From assembly GCA_019746485.1 (NCBI GenBank), contig JAIERW010000001.1, positions 6,917-70,916 on the forward strand: DNA of 64,000 nt, in the 5' to 3' direction. Position numbers and translations under genes: made by a program. The notes beneath the pieces were generated by a model. That model did not search any database and was not told the origin of the DNA. It saw only the letters and a program-made list of their open reading frames with translations. Source of the stretch: Candidatus Babeliales bacterium (lineage in GTDB: Bacteria; Babelota; Babeliae; Babelales; RVW-14). Positions 15,052 to 26,838 of the stretch are shown here, one piece after another (the first letter of the stretch is position 1; every line of letters begins with the position of its first letter).

Positions 15052-16938
15052 TTACTTAGCTGGTTGGAGTTGCTCCCACTCGCTATAAGCAATCTTTAAA
15101 TCTTTCTTAATTTGGTCAACCAAGTCGGCGTTTTTGTCAAACTCCTTGGTGCCATACTCAAGAATGGCAAACTTTTCACCACATTCTGTGAGTTGTTTTT
15201 CAAGCTTTTCAATATGACGCTCAAGCTTAGCTAGCTTTTTAGCCGCATCATACTGCTGCTTATCTTTTTGCTCAGCGCGAGCCACATCGTCTTCAGGCTC
15301 GTCAGCAATTGGGCTGTTTTGAGCAACAAGCGCTTCACGCGCTTCTTTTTGGTACAAGTACGAGCTATAATCACCACTGTAGCTAATAATACCGGTTGAG
15401 GTCAGTTCAAAAATACGGTTTGGCAGTGCGTCCAAAAAGGTTCTATCATGCGATACAAACAAGATAGTACCGGGATACTCTTGCAGCGCTTTGAGCAAGA
15501 TTTCTTTAGATTCAATGTCCAAATGGTTAGTCGGTTCGTCCAAGATTAAAAAGTTGGATGATTGCAAAAGAACTTTTACCATTGCCACCCGGTTCTTTTC
15601 ACCACCGCTTAACACACCAATTTTTTTGTACACATCATTGCCAGGGAACAAGAAGGCGCCCAACAGAGCACGCATGCGCGCGCGTTGCTCACTTGTTTTG
15701 CAAGCATCTTCAACGTCCTGCAAAATTTCTTTGTTTTTGTTGAGTAGCTTGTCTTGATCTTGCTCAAACATAGACCACAAAACGTTATACCCAAATTCAA
15801 CCGTACCACCATCTGGCTTACAAAGCCCAGAAATCGCGCTAAGCAAGGTTGTTTTACCTTTCCCGTTTGCCGCTACAATAGCCGCTTTGTCACCGCGATT
15901 AAGCTCGAACGAAACGTTATTAAAAATTGGGCGTCCGTCATAACTCTTGGACAAATTTTCAACCTTGAGCACCACGTTACCAGCACGCACTACATCAGGA
16001 AAGTTAAACCGTACCGTCCTGCTCTTTCTTGTTGGCTCAAGTACTTCCATTTTTTCAAGCGACTTCATCATACTTTGTGCCATTTTTGCTTTAGAAACTT
16101 TGGCACGGAAGCGTTCAATGGTCTCTTTCTTTTCTTTTATTTCTTTTTGCTGGCGAACATAAGCCGCTTCATGAGCCGCTTCTTCATCTTCTTTTTGTCT
16201 GAGATAATGAGAATAGTTACCATAAAATAGGCGTCCCTTACCACGATCAAGTTCAAAAATATGATCTACGGCATGGTCAAGAAAGTAACGATCGTGAGAC
16301 ACCAGCAAAAAGCCAGCCGAACAATTTTTTAAAAAGCCCAAGAACCAATCTTTTGCAACAACGTCCAAATGGTTAGTAGGTTCGTCGAACAAGAAGAAGT
16401 CTGGCTCTTGCAACAAAAGCTTGGCCAAAACCAAGCGCATACGCCAGCCAACACTCAACTGATCAACGGTTTTGTTCATATGCTCTTCACTAAAACCAAG
16501 GCCTTCTAAAACATTACGCGCTTTCATCACTTGTTGATCAAAATTTACTTCAGCAAAGGCAGCTTGTACGTGGGCATAGCGCTCAATTTTATCTTCAGCA
16601 AAGTCAGTAATTCCGGAATGAAAGTAAGCATCCAACTCTTCAAGTTCTTTTTTCAACGACGTCAGATCGGCAAAAACCGTTAACGCTTCTTCAAGAACCG
16701 GCAAGTTGGAAGACAAAACAACTTCTTGAGGCAGGTAGCCAACTTTCTTTTTCTTTTCGTACGAAATGGTTCCACGATCTAAGCCAATGTGGCCAGACAA
16801 AACTTTAAGTAACGTAGATTTACCGGCACCGTTTGAACCAACAACGCCAATCTTTTGGTCATCTTGAAAACAAAAAGAGATGTCATCAAAAATAAGCTTA
16901 GGACCCAATTCTAAGAAAATATCATCTGCTATAAACAT
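15052..16938 (-). CDS. ABC-F family ATPase (Uup/YheS-like translation-associated ABC protein)
   Basis: Two ATP-binding cassettes and no TM domain. Walker A motifs GSNGAGKST and AANGKGKTT, signatures LSVGW and LSGGE, Walker B motifs LLFDEPTNHLD and LILDEPTNHLD. It also has a charged linker and a C-terminal coiled coil. Confidence 0.9.
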   Translation of the reverse strand: MFIADDIFLELGPKLIFDDISFCFQDDQKIGVVGSNGAGKSTLLKVLSGHIGLDRGTISYEKKKKVGYLPQEVVLSSNLPVLEEALTVFADLTSLKKELEELDAYFHSGITDFAEDKIERYAHVQAAFAEVNFDQQVMKARNVLEGLGFSEEHMNKTVDQLSVGWRMRLVLAKLLLQEPDFFLFDEPTNHLDVVAKDWFLGFLKNCSAGFLLVSHDRYFLDHAVDHIFELDRGKGRLFYGNYSHYLRQKEDEEAAHEAAYVRQQKEIKEKKETIERFRAKVSKAKMAQSMMKSLEKMEVLEPTRKSRTVRFNFPDVVRAGNVVLKVENLSKSYDGRPIFNNVSFELNRGDKAAIVAANGKGKTTLLSAISGLCKPDGGTVEFGYNVLWSMFEQDQDKLLNKNKEILQDVEDACKTSEQRARMRALLGAFLFPGNDVYKKIGVLSGGEKNRVAMVKVLLQSSNFLILDEPTNHLDIESKEILLKALQEYPGTILFVSHDRTFLDALPNRIFELTSTGIISYSGDYSSYLYQKEAREALVAQNSPIADEPEDDVARAEQKDKQQYDAAKKLAKLERHIEKLEKQLTECGEKFAILEYGTKEFDKNADLVDQIKKDLKIAYSEWEQLQPAK

Positions 16939-17124
16939 GCTTTAGCGCCTCAACTGCTTTAATCAAAAATAAAAACCCTCACGGGAATAACCTTGTTTAC
17001 AAGAAAAAACCGAATGGCTCTCAAGAAAAATTGTAGTATAAACCTCACAATTACGACATTCTATCGAATTTCACGGCCTACCCAAAGAGTAGCAAAAAAA
17101 CGTATTTTTCACAAGAAAGACCCG

Positions 17125-18282
17125 TTATATCCCAATTCCACGCTTTTTTATACTCTTTTGAGAGGCAAAGACCTGCTTATTACGCTCTATGCCCACCTTA
17201 CGGATGAGGCTAAAAAAGAACTCCCGATCGGCACCTTTAACCACTGCCTGCTCATGAGCCTCGGCCAAAGCAACAGGATACCCCTGACCTTTCACCGCCT
17301 GGTCGATTAACACTTGGCAAACAAAATCGATCATTTTGGGGTCTTTAACCATCCAGCCAGGAACCTCAACCCGTACTATCTCTTTTTCAACATTTAAGTA
17401 AAAAAAGCAGGGCTTTAAAAAGCGGGGGTAGTGCTCGGTAATGCTGGAACGGCTACAAAAAATGGTAGTGCGGTGAAACGGCGGTAAGAAGTTTTGCAAC
17501 AACTGCGTGTCTACCAACAACTCAAATTGTTTGCACGGACACTTGGCAACCTTGCCCTGGCAAAAAACAAACGTCTCTTTTTTATGCTCACACGCCCGCA
17601 GACGAATCATATTTACCAGTTCTTTGCTTTTGGGCATGCTAATATAACCGGCTATTGGTAACTGCTGTTGGTAAAAACGGTCCAAGTATTTTAAGTACTC
17701 GCGTAAAAACATATCCCGAATTTCTTCAGGCTTACTTTCTAGATGCCAAAAAATTAAACTGCCATCAAACAGCGTGAGCAATCCTTCGCTAGTGGTCCGA
17801 GCAAGAGCTGCCCGCTGACTGGCAATCTCAAACTCCAACTCTTCACGTTTTAGATCTACCAAGTCAACCGAGAATGAAAGTTCACTGGTTGTTGGTATAA
17901 TGTGCTCCGGAAGAAACAATCGTGGCTCAGAAAAGAAATTTGCCATACTAGAATCTGCATACGAAAGCAAGATGCCCCCGCAGTTGATCAAGAAACAATT
18001 CACGCCGGCAATGTGCCGGTCCGGGTAAATCTGTGAACCATCAACGGCCAAGACGCTGTAATGCTTGAGATCATTGATCACCGCAACGCGTTCGCTCAGC
18101 TCGTTCATCCAAAAAGGCAAGCCAGACGCACCTCGTGCTTCTTTTAAACGTTCAACAAACGCTTCATCTTTTAACAAACTTTTCCACGCTTGCTGGCCTA
18201 AAGCACTTTGCGGTGTGTTGAGCAAAAAGAGTTTATCGGCGAGGCCCGAAACTTCTTGGGCTAATTTGTCGTGCTTGAGCAT
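17125..18282 (-). CDS. NurA-like nuclease domain protein (putative)
   Basis: Motifs resembling NurA catalytic blocks: LAVDGSQIYPDRH, LFDGSLIFWHL and the C-terminal GYPVALAEAHEQAVV. Assigned from remembered family motifs only. Confidence 0.5.
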   Translation of the reverse strand: MLKHDKLAQEVSGLADKLFLLNTPQSALGQQAWKSLLKDEAFVERLKEARGASGLPFWMNELSERVAVINDLKHYSVLAVDGSQIYPDRHIAGVNCFLINCGGILLSYADSSMANFFSEPRLFLPEHIIPTTSELSFSVDLVDLKREELEFEIASQRAALARTTSEGLLTLFDGSLIFWHLESKPEEIRDMFLREYLKYLDRFYQQQLPIAGYISMPKSKELVNMIRLRACEHKKETFVFCQGKVAKCPCKQFELLVDTQLLQNFLPPFHRTTIFCSRSSITEHYPRFLKPCFFYLNVEKEIVRVEVPGWMVKDPKMIDFVCQVLIDQAVKGQGYPVALAEAHEQAVVKGADREFFFSLIRKVGIERNKQVFASQKSIKKRGIGI

Positions 18283-18316
18283 GGCTGTTTACTATCACAA
18301 AATTGTTAATAATTTT

Positions 18317-18775
18317 TTACTCATCGCCAGAATTGTCTGCGTAGCTGCAATCAGAAGATTCGCCACTTTCTTCTGAAGAATATTCTACATCATCACCAAA
18401 CTCAGACTCAGATTCAGAACCGACCGCTTCATCATCTGACCACGCACCCCCGTCACGCACCATTGCCTGCCACGCGCGTATCAAACGCTCTTGGTCAGCA
18501 ATACGCGCAACAAGCCCCAACCACATCTGCTGATAAGCAGCTAACGCCATAGACCCCGCAAGATATGGGCCGTGCGCCAGATTTTGGACATCGCACATCT
18601 TTTGAAATGCCGGCAGATTGGCAAGCAAAACAGGAAGCGCCCTGGGATACGGCCAAAGAGCACGAATATAATCTGCAGGGGGTATCTGTTCCTCAATAGG
18701 CGCCGCACCTGATGGCGAGGCGGCAGATGAATAACTCAACAACAATAACGTTACCATTACGCGTAGAAATACCAT
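18317..18775 (-). CDS. Secreted hypothetical protein with acidic Ser/Asp/Glu tail
   Basis: Signal peptide MVFLRVMVTLLLLSYSSAAS. C-terminal SDDEAVGSESESEFGDDVEYSSEESGESSDCSYADNSGDE. Confidence 0.5.
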   Translation of the reverse strand: MVFLRVMVTLLLLSYSSAASPSGAAPIEEQIPPADYIRALWPYPRALPVLLANLPAFQKMCDVQNLAHGPYLAGSMALAAYQQMWLGLVARIADQERLIRAWQAMVRDGGAWSDDEAVGSESESEFGDDVEYSSEESGESSDCSYADNSGDE

Positions 18776-18806
18776 ACTGCCTCCTCGTAAAAACTAAATT
18801 AAAAGC

Positions 18807-21347
18807 TTAACGACCGCAACAAGCCTTGTACTTCTTGCCTGACCCACAAGAACAAGCATCGTTTCTGCCTACTTTTGGACTTTCACGACGTACCGTTGCC
18901 GCATCGGCCTTGCCCGTTTCATCACCGGTCATTTGCAACTCAGAAAGTTCTTTTTCTTTCTTGCGTTCAATTTCATGAATTTGAGCAACGCTAAACTCGT
19001 CTGGCTTCATTTTGAAAATGCGATACACAATGTCCCAGGTAATTTGGCCCATCATCTTTTCAAATTCAGTAAACGCTTCTTTTTTGTACTCAGTCAACGG
19101 GTTCTTTTGCCCGTAACCGCGCAAGCCAATACCTTCTTTCAAATGATCAATATTTTGCAAGTGAATCTTCCACGCTTGATCAACCGTTTCAAGCAATACC
19201 CATTTTTCAGCTTCATCAATAATTTCTTGTGAAATTGAACTACGATATTGCTCGTACTGATAGCACAAAAACTCAGTAATGCTGTGCTGCATTGAAGCTT
19301 CACTAGTTTTAGCGGTATACGCTTGCGTAAAGTGGCGCCCTTCAATGCCGGTCAAACGCTCAAGTGAATGCAAAATTTCTTGCAAACCTTGCTCGTCACA
19401 CGCACCTTGTGGGCAATGGATAGCAAACAAATGGTGCACCACGTCGGCAATCATGTCGCGTACCAAACTCTTTATTTGGTCGGCACCTTCAAGTATTTCG
19501 CGACGGTACTGATAAATTACTGAACGCTGATTGTTGAGTACGTCATCGTATTCAAGCAAATGCTTACGAATATCAAAGTTGTGCTTTTCAACCTTCTCTT
19601 GCGCTTTTTCTATGCTACGCGTTACCATGCGATGCTCAATGCTTTCACCAGCTTTCATACCAATGCGCTCCATGTTGCGCTTCAGCTTATCGCCTGCAAA
19701 AATTCTCATCAAATCATCGTCCAACGACAGGTAAAATTTGGAAGAACCTGGATCGCCTTGACGCCCAGCTCGGCCTCGCAACTGATTGTCGATACGTCTA
19801 CTTTCGTGACGCTCGGTACCAATAATGCGCAGCCCGCCAACTTCACGAACACCATCGCCAAGCTTAATGTCGGTACCACGACCGGCCATGTTGGTTGCAA
19901 TAGTCACACGACCTTTTTCACCAGCTTCAGCAACAATTTCTGCTTCGCGTTCATGTTGTTTCGCGTTCAAAACATTGTGCTTAATACCAGCTCGGTTGAG
20001 CAAAGCGCTTAAATATTCCGATGTCTCAATAGAAATGGTACCCACCAGCGCAGGCTGACCTTTCTTATTACATTCTTCGATATCTTTAATAACCGCATCA
20101 AACTTGTCTTTAGCGTTCAAAAAGACCACGTCCATTTGGTCGTTGCGAACCATTGGCTTGTTGGTTGGAATAGCAACAACAGCCAATTTATAAATCTTAT
20201 GAAATTCTGCCGCTTCAGTTACCGCCGTACCGGTCATACCAGCAAGCTTTTTGTACATTCTAAAATAGTTTTGCAGGGTGATGGAAGCCAGTGTTTGGTT
20301 TTCACGCTCAATGCGCACACCCTCTTTTGCTTCAAGCGCTTGGTGCAAGCCATCACTGTAACGACGACCCGGCAAAATACGACCGGTAAATTCGTCCACA
20401 ATTAACACTTCGCCTTCGCGCTCAACGTAGTCAACATCTTTTTTGAACAACGCATGAGCACGCAACGCTTGAATCACATGATGCAAAATTAAAATGTTTT
20501 CTGGCGCGTACAAGTTATTCACGGTCAAGTAGCGCTCAATGTCGTCAGTCCCTGACTCAGTCAAATGTACCGTACGATCTTTTTCGTCAACTTCATACTG
20601 ATCTTTTTTAAGCTGCAAAACAGCGCGATTGGCAACTTCGTACAAGTTTGCACCCTTTTCGCCAGCACCAGAAATGATCAACGGCGTACGCGCTTCGTCA
20701 ATCAAAATAGAGTCTACTTCATCCACAATAGCAAAGTTTAGGTCACGCTGAACATAATCTTCCAGATCAAATTTCATGTTGTCGCGCAGATAGTCAAACC
20801 CATATTCATTATTGGTTCCGTAAGTAATGTCGGCACCGTAAGCTTTTTTACGCTCAGCATCACCCAGATCATTTTGAATAATACCAACCTCAAAACCAAG
20901 CTTATTGTACAATGGCATCATCCACATTGCATCGCGTCGCACCAGGTAATCGTTTACCGTTATCAAATGCGCACCCTTGCCCGAAAGACCGTTCAAATAC
21001 AGCGGCAAGGTTGAAACTAACGTTTTACCTTCACCGGTTTTCATTTCAGAGATTTTACCTTCGTGCAACACAATACCACCAACCATTTGCACGTCAAAAT
21101 GACGCATGTTCAGGGTACGCTTACCCACTTCACGCACCACAGCAAATGCTTCAGGCAAAATGGAATCTAGACTTGCTCCTTGAGCAATGCGCTCTCTAAA
21201 TTCATTAGTTTTTGCCGTAAGCTGGTCATCAGTTAACGGTGCTATAGAAGCTTCAAGTTGATTGATATGGCTCACTATGGGCGCAATGCGCTTAAGTTCC
21301 CGATCGTTTTTTGTTCCAAAAATTTTTGCAAGTATATGTGCAATCAT
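18807..21347 (-). CDS. secA: Preprotein translocase ATPase SecA
   Basis: ILAKIFGTKNDRELKRI, MKTGEGKTL, DEVDSILIDEARTPLIISG, TNMAGRGTDIKLG, and the C-terminal zinc motif CSCGSGKKYKACCG. Start placed at ATG 21347 (MIAHIL); the track ORF begins at an upstream GTG. Confidence 0.95.
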   Translation of the reverse strand: MIAHILAKIFGTKNDRELKRIAPIVSHINQLEASIAPLTDDQLTAKTNEFRERIAQGASLDSILPEAFAVVREVGKRTLNMRHFDVQMVGGIVLHEGKISEMKTGEGKTLVSTLPLYLNGLSGKGAHLITVNDYLVRRDAMWMMPLYNKLGFEVGIIQNDLGDAERKKAYGADITYGTNNEYGFDYLRDNMKFDLEDYVQRDLNFAIVDEVDSILIDEARTPLIISGAGEKGANLYEVANRAVLQLKKDQYEVDEKDRTVHLTESGTDDIERYLTVNNLYAPENILILHHVIQALRAHALFKKDVDYVEREGEVLIVDEFTGRILPGRRYSDGLHQALEAKEGVRIERENQTLASITLQNYFRMYKKLAGMTGTAVTEAAEFHKIYKLAVVAIPTNKPMVRNDQMDVVFLNAKDKFDAVIKDIEECNKKGQPALVGTISIETSEYLSALLNRAGIKHNVLNAKQHEREAEIVAEAGEKGRVTIATNMAGRGTDIKLGDGVREVGGLRIIGTERHESRRIDNQLRGRAGRQGDPGSSKFYLSLDDDLMRIFAGDKLKRNMERIGMKAGESIEHRMVTRSIEKAQEKVEKHNFDIRKHLLEYDDVLNNQRSVIYQYRREILEGADQIKSLVRDMIADVVHHLFAIHCPQGACDEQGLQEILHSLERLTGIEGRHFTQAYTAKTSEASMQHSITEFLCYQYEQYRSSISQEIIDEAEKWVLLETVDQAWKIHLQNIDHLKEGIGLRGYGQKNPLTEYKKEAFTEFEKMMGQITWDIVYRIFKMKPDEFSVAQIHEIERKKEKELSELQMTGDETGKADAATVRRESPKVGRNDACSCGSGKKYKACCGR

Positions 21348-21420
21348 AAGACTATTCCTAGATTTAAAATTCACCTGTTTGCTTGAACTATGTAACTCAA
21401 AAGTACTACTACAAACAAGC

Positions 21421-21732
21421 TCATTCTCTCAAGACAGCCCCATGCTGAGCACGAACTGCGGCAAAGTTTATAGCGCGCTGATAGCTTTGCAAAAACCAGA
21501 GCACCACAACAACACATGAACACACATAGCGAGAAAAAAACTGCGACACTTGATAGCGTGCAACATCTTGTAATCGCTTAACAAAGGTAAGCAATGATGT
21601 TTTGCCATCAACATGAACACGCGCAACGCCCCGAACCTGCTTGCTCATGCAAACAGCCACAGGCAGAGCTCCCGCAATCAATAACATGATGCAGGTTACG
21701 TTAAAGAGAATGAAATTTTGTCTTTTTATCAT
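21421..21732 (-). CDS. Hypothetical small membrane protein (uncertain)
   Basis: ORF upstream of secA on the same strand, taken from ATG 21732 (MIKRQNFILFNVTCIMLLIAGALPVAV..), with two hydrophobic segments. It has no recognisable motif and may be spurious. Confidence 0.25.
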   Translation of the reverse strand: MIKRQNFILFNVTCIMLLIAGALPVAVCMSKQVRGVARVHVDGKTSLLTFVKRLQDVARYQVSQFFSRYVCSCVVVVLWFLQSYQRAINFAAVRAQHGAVLRE

Positions 21733-21891
21733 CACACTATGCCAAACTTTTATAAGCGTTTTTATCAATTCGCCAGGCCAGTATAGCAAATAACTGTCCG
21801 CGAGACAAAAGCTTAGAGGGCTTGCAGTTTTCTAGTAACTTATTGTATCAATATCTTTACAAACGCAACATATTGCAATAGCTTAAAATAA

Positions 21892-23397
<1,506 letters not shown>

Positions 23398-23405
23398 GAA
23401 AATTT

Positions 23406-23651
23406 ATGGCAGTTCTCGAACTAGAAATTATTGGCCCAACTTCAGCAAAAAAGCTCACGATCAAGTGGGTAGAAATTGAAAGCCCAACAGGCAGCTTTTT
23501 GGTTGGCCCTGGTCACATCCCCCTTGTTTCTATTATCAAAAAAAAGAGCATTTTACTCTACCAGCCGCACGATGCCGAACCAACAACGCTTGAAGTTGAT
23601 GGGGGTATTTTTAGCGTTGCTGACAACAAGGCAATTGCCATTCTTGATTAA
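23406..23651 (+). CDS. atpC: F1 ATP synthase epsilon subunit, short form (beta-sandwich domain only)
   Basis: ATG 23406 lies 6 nt after the atpD stop. The 81-aa product has the epsilon N-domain pattern: LELEIIGP..., ESPTGSFLVGPGHIPLVSII, GGIFSVADNKAIAILD. No C-terminal helical hairpin is encoded before the stop. Confidence 0.8.
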   Translation: MAVLELEIIGPTSAKKLTIKWVEIESPTGSFLVGPGHIPLVSIIKKKSILLYQPHDAEPTTLEVDGGIFSVADNKAIAILD

Positions 23652-23692
23652 TTTCTTAAAATTTTCTTATTGTATTTAAAAAAAAATAGCGC

Positions 23693-23720
23693 TTGACTAT
23701 AAATTTCAATCTGCTAAGAT
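23693..23720 (+). promoter_or_regulatory. Candidate promoter upstream of the first nucleotide transporter gene
   Basis: TTGACT (23693..23698), a 16-nt spacer, then TAAGAT (23715..23720). This would give a 5' leader of about 165 nt. Confidence 0.35.
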
Positions 23721-23893
23721 GATTCTTTGGCTCATAAAGTCATTTTTCTAAATTAATAACCGAACTAAAAAATAATAGGTTCTTTCGTTATTCAATACAA
23801 CACATTACTGTACGTTTTAATTTACTTTTTAATGAAAAACAAGTACAACTAATGCTTTGAACGAATTGACCACAAAGAGGACGTAATAAAGCC

Positions 23894-25228
23894 ATGTTTC
23901 ACAAGCTAATTAGAACATTTTGGGGAGACCTAAAAGGACAAGAACTTACTAAGTTCCTTCTTCTCGCGCTGGGCTTTTTCTTTTTAATCGGATCATATTG
24001 GCCATTAAAAACCCTTAAAGACAGCATTTTTGTTAACATCGTTGGTCCTGAATACATTCCCATGGCAAAAATTTTGTCACTCACCATATTCTTCCCACTG
24101 GTTATGATTTATTCAAAGCTGGTAGACATTTTTGTTAAAGAAAAAATGGTGTACCTGTTGGTGAGCGTTTACGGCTTTATCGGCCTTATTTTTGTTTACT
24201 TTTTTTTCCATCCAACAATCGGCTTGCAAAACAGCATTCCAAGTGCTTCTCGCTTGCTTGGCTGGCTGTTCTTTTTGTACGTTGAAAGTTATGTTTCGTT
24301 AATGATTTCACTCTTCTGGTCATTCACGCACGACATTACCACGCCAGAATCGGCAAAAAAAGGTTATGGACTTATTATTTTTGGCACACAGCTTGGCGGC
24401 TTCTTGCTCACGTTGTTGGGCAATAGATTGTCGGCAGACCCAGAGCTTTATGCTTCTCGAGCACCAATCATTGCACTGATTTCGATCTGCTTATTTTTCT
24501 TTATCGCACTGGTAACCTTTATTTTGCATAAAATTGTTGCCAAAGAAATTTTGGAAGGATACGAAGATAAAGTTGCACCTGCAACTCTGGAAGAACCAAC
24601 CTCCGTTGGCTTTTTGGACGGCTTAAAACTCTTGCTCACGCATCCGTACGTTGCCGGCATCTTCTTCCTCATCTTTTTTCATGAATTTGTTTCAACCGTT
24701 ATGAACTTTCAAATGATTATGCAAGCAAAAACAACCTACGTTTCTGCTGGCTTAGTTAACAAATTTCTCTTCGACTACGCGCTGGCAGTACAAGGGACTG
24801 CATGCTTGTTTGGCTTGCTCGGTACGTCATTCTTTCAACGTCGCTTTGGCATACGCTTTTGCTTAATTGCCTACCCGCTGCTGTTGGGAATCTCAATTGT
24901 TTACTACCTTGCCAACCCAACCTTGCAAAGCATTTTTTATGTAATGATCATTGCAAAAGCAATCAATTACGCCTTCAACCAGCCAGCCAAAGAAGTTCTT
25001 TACATCCCAACAACCAAGAATATAAAATACAAATCTAAGGCCTGGATCGACATGTTTGGCATGCGCTTTTCAAAAGCTGCAGGCTCTACCGCAAATACTA
25101 TTATTGTTACCATGTCGTACCTGACCGGCCCTATTGTTTTATCGCTTATTGCTATCTGGGCCATCCTGGCAAGCATGATTGGCAAAACGTTTAATACTGC
25201 CATTTCGGAAAAAAAGATCATCGATTAG
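23894..25228 (+). CDS. Nucleotide (ATP/ADP) translocase family transporter, paralog 1 (TLC/NTT family)
   Basis: N-terminal KFLLLALGFFFLIGSYWPLKTLKDSIFV plus LFWSFTHDITTPESAKKGYGLIIFGTQLGG. Both match the remembered TLC/NTT pattern (..FFFILFNY..LR.LKD..VV; FW.FAN.IT...EAKRFY.LFG). The protein is polytopic. Confidence 0.85.
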   Translation: MFHKLIRTFWGDLKGQELTKFLLLALGFFFLIGSYWPLKTLKDSIFVNIVGPEYIPMAKILSLTIFFPLVMIYSKLVDIFVKEKMVYLLVSVYGFIGLIFVYFFFHPTIGLQNSIPSASRLLGWLFFLYVESYVSLMISLFWSFTHDITTPESAKKGYGLIIFGTQLGGFLLTLLGNRLSADPELYASRAPIIALISICLFFFIALVTFILHKIVAKEILEGYEDKVAPATLEEPTSVGFLDGLKLLLTHPYVAGIFFLIFFHEFVSTVMNFQMIMQAKTTYVSAGLVNKFLFDYALAVQGTACLFGLLGTSFFQRRFGIRFCLIAYPLLLGISIVYYLANPTLQSIFYVMIIAKAINYAFNQPAKEVLYIPTTKNIKYKSKAWIDMFGMRFSKAAGSTANTIIVTMSYLTGPIVLSLIAIWAILASMIGKTFNTAISEKKIID

Positions 25229-25404
25229 CACCAATAAATGGTGCCTGAATCAACTATTTGCAAGAATGGTTGATATGAAATATACTGATTGCCTATTGAA
25301 AACGAAAGGATACAGTGTCTATGAACAAAAGTGGGTAGGTACTTATTCGTAATAAAAATAGTAAGAGAACAACATTTTAGTAACCTTTTTTAGGAGCTTT
25401 TTTT

Positions 25405-26703
25405 ATGCTGAGTAGAATTAAACACGCCCTCTGGGGAGATTTGACCAAAGACGAAGTTAAAAAATTTGGTATGCTCTCATTCACGTTCTTGTTCATTATT
25501 GGTACCTACTGGCTCATGCGTCCACTCAAAGACGGTCTTTTCATGGACTTGGTTGGACCTGCATCATTGCCTTACGCCAAAATGCTTTCATTCGCGTTCA
25601 TTGTTCCTTTAATTCTTTTCTATTCCAAGCTTGTTGACTTGGTAGAAAAACAAAAGCTGTTCTATGTTTTGTGTACTATTTATGGCATTTTATTTGCCGG
25701 CGTTGCATTTTTACTTGCACAACCAGCCTTTGCACTTAACGGCCCAAGCACCCCTGCAAAGCGTATGCTTGGCTGGTGCGTATATTTGGCTATTGAAAGC
25801 TTTGGTTCATTGTTGGTTACCCTTTTCTGGTCGTTCGTTGCAAGCTCAACCGACACGACTTCAGCAAAAAGAGGCTACGCGCTCATTATTTCAGGCGCGC
25901 AAATTGGTTCCATCACCGGACCTTATTTGGCAACAAACGCAGAACACCTTGGTCTTTCATTGTTGACCGGCATTGTTGCTGGCGGCATTTTGCTGGTACC
26001 TTTGTTGATCAAAATGTTCATCACCATATACCCAAGCTCAGCTGAAAAGAGTGTTTCAACCAAGCCAAAAACCGGCGCGTTTGAAGGTTTTAAACTCTTG
26101 CTGACCAAGCCATACCTTCTTGGCATACTTGGCGTTGCAACATTGTACGAAGTAATTGGTACCGTTATCGACTACCAACTCAAATATTTGGCAAAAGAAA
26201 CCTATGGCAGCGCAGAAAAAGTTACTCAATTCTTGGGCTACTTTGGTTTGACCACCAACGCACTTGCTTTGGTATTCTCGTTGATTGGAACAACATTCTT
26301 CATCAACCGTTACGGCCTTACCTTCTGCTTGGTTATGTATCCAGTGAGCGTTGCCATTGTTTTGGTAAACATCTGGGCATTGCCTGGTCTTTGGGTAGTA
26401 TTTGCGGGCATGGTTGCTATTAAAGGCTTCAGCTACGCATTGAACAATCCATGTAAAGAAATTATGTACATCCCAACCAGCAAAGACGTTAAGTTTAAAG
26501 CTAAAGGTTGGATCGACATGTTCGGTTCTCGTTCTTCTAAAGCAACAGGTGCTGGTATTGGTTCCATGTTCTCAAGCATGACCAGCCTTGCACTCTACGG
26601 ACCACTTGTCTGTATGGGTATTGTAGGCATCTGGATTATGGTTGCCTTGTACGTTGGCAGAACCAACAAGAAGCTTGTTGATAGCAAAACAATCATTGAG
26701 TAA
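25405..26703 (+). CDS. Nucleotide (ATP/ADP) translocase family transporter, paralog 2
   Basis: Same architecture: FTFLFIIGTYWLMRPLKDGLFM and LFWSFVASSTDTTSAKRGYALIISGAQIGS. AGGAG lies 9 nt upstream of the ATG. Confidence 0.85.
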   Translation: MLSRIKHALWGDLTKDEVKKFGMLSFTFLFIIGTYWLMRPLKDGLFMDLVGPASLPYAKMLSFAFIVPLILFYSKLVDLVEKQKLFYVLCTIYGILFAGVAFLLAQPAFALNGPSTPAKRMLGWCVYLAIESFGSLLVTLFWSFVASSTDTTSAKRGYALIISGAQIGSITGPYLATNAEHLGLSLLTGIVAGGILLVPLLIKMFITIYPSSAEKSVSTKPKTGAFEGFKLLLTKPYLLGILGVATLYEVIGTVIDYQLKYLAKETYGSAEKVTQFLGYFGLTTNALALVFSLIGTTFFINRYGLTFCLVMYPVSVAIVLVNIWALPGLWVVFAGMVAIKGFSYALNNPCKEIMYIPTSKDVKFKAKGWIDMFGSRSSKATGAGIGSMFSSMTSLALYGPLVCMGIVGIWIMVALYVGRTNKKLVDSKTIIE

Positions 26704-26730
26704 TCTGATTGTTTTTAAAAAGCAGAAAAA

Positions 26731-26759
26731 AGCCGGAGCAGAAAGCTCCGGCTTTTTTC
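26731..26759 (+). terminator. Rho-independent terminator after NTT paralog 2
   Basis: Perfect 9-bp GC-rich stem: agccggagc (26731..26739) pairs with gctccggct (26745..26753), followed by TTTTTT. Confidence 0.7.
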
Positions 26760-26838
26760 TTGTTATCTTTAGTTTAATGTGCGTAATGCGCTAAACTAAA
26801 GATAGTACGTGAAGATTATTCAAAAAAAAGGAGACTTA

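Noticed and set aside
16993-17310. 105-aa plus-strand ORF spanning the ABC-F/NurA-like intergenic region.
   Set aside because: It overlaps the 3' end of the NurA-like gene antisense and has no RBS or motifs, so it is likely spurious.
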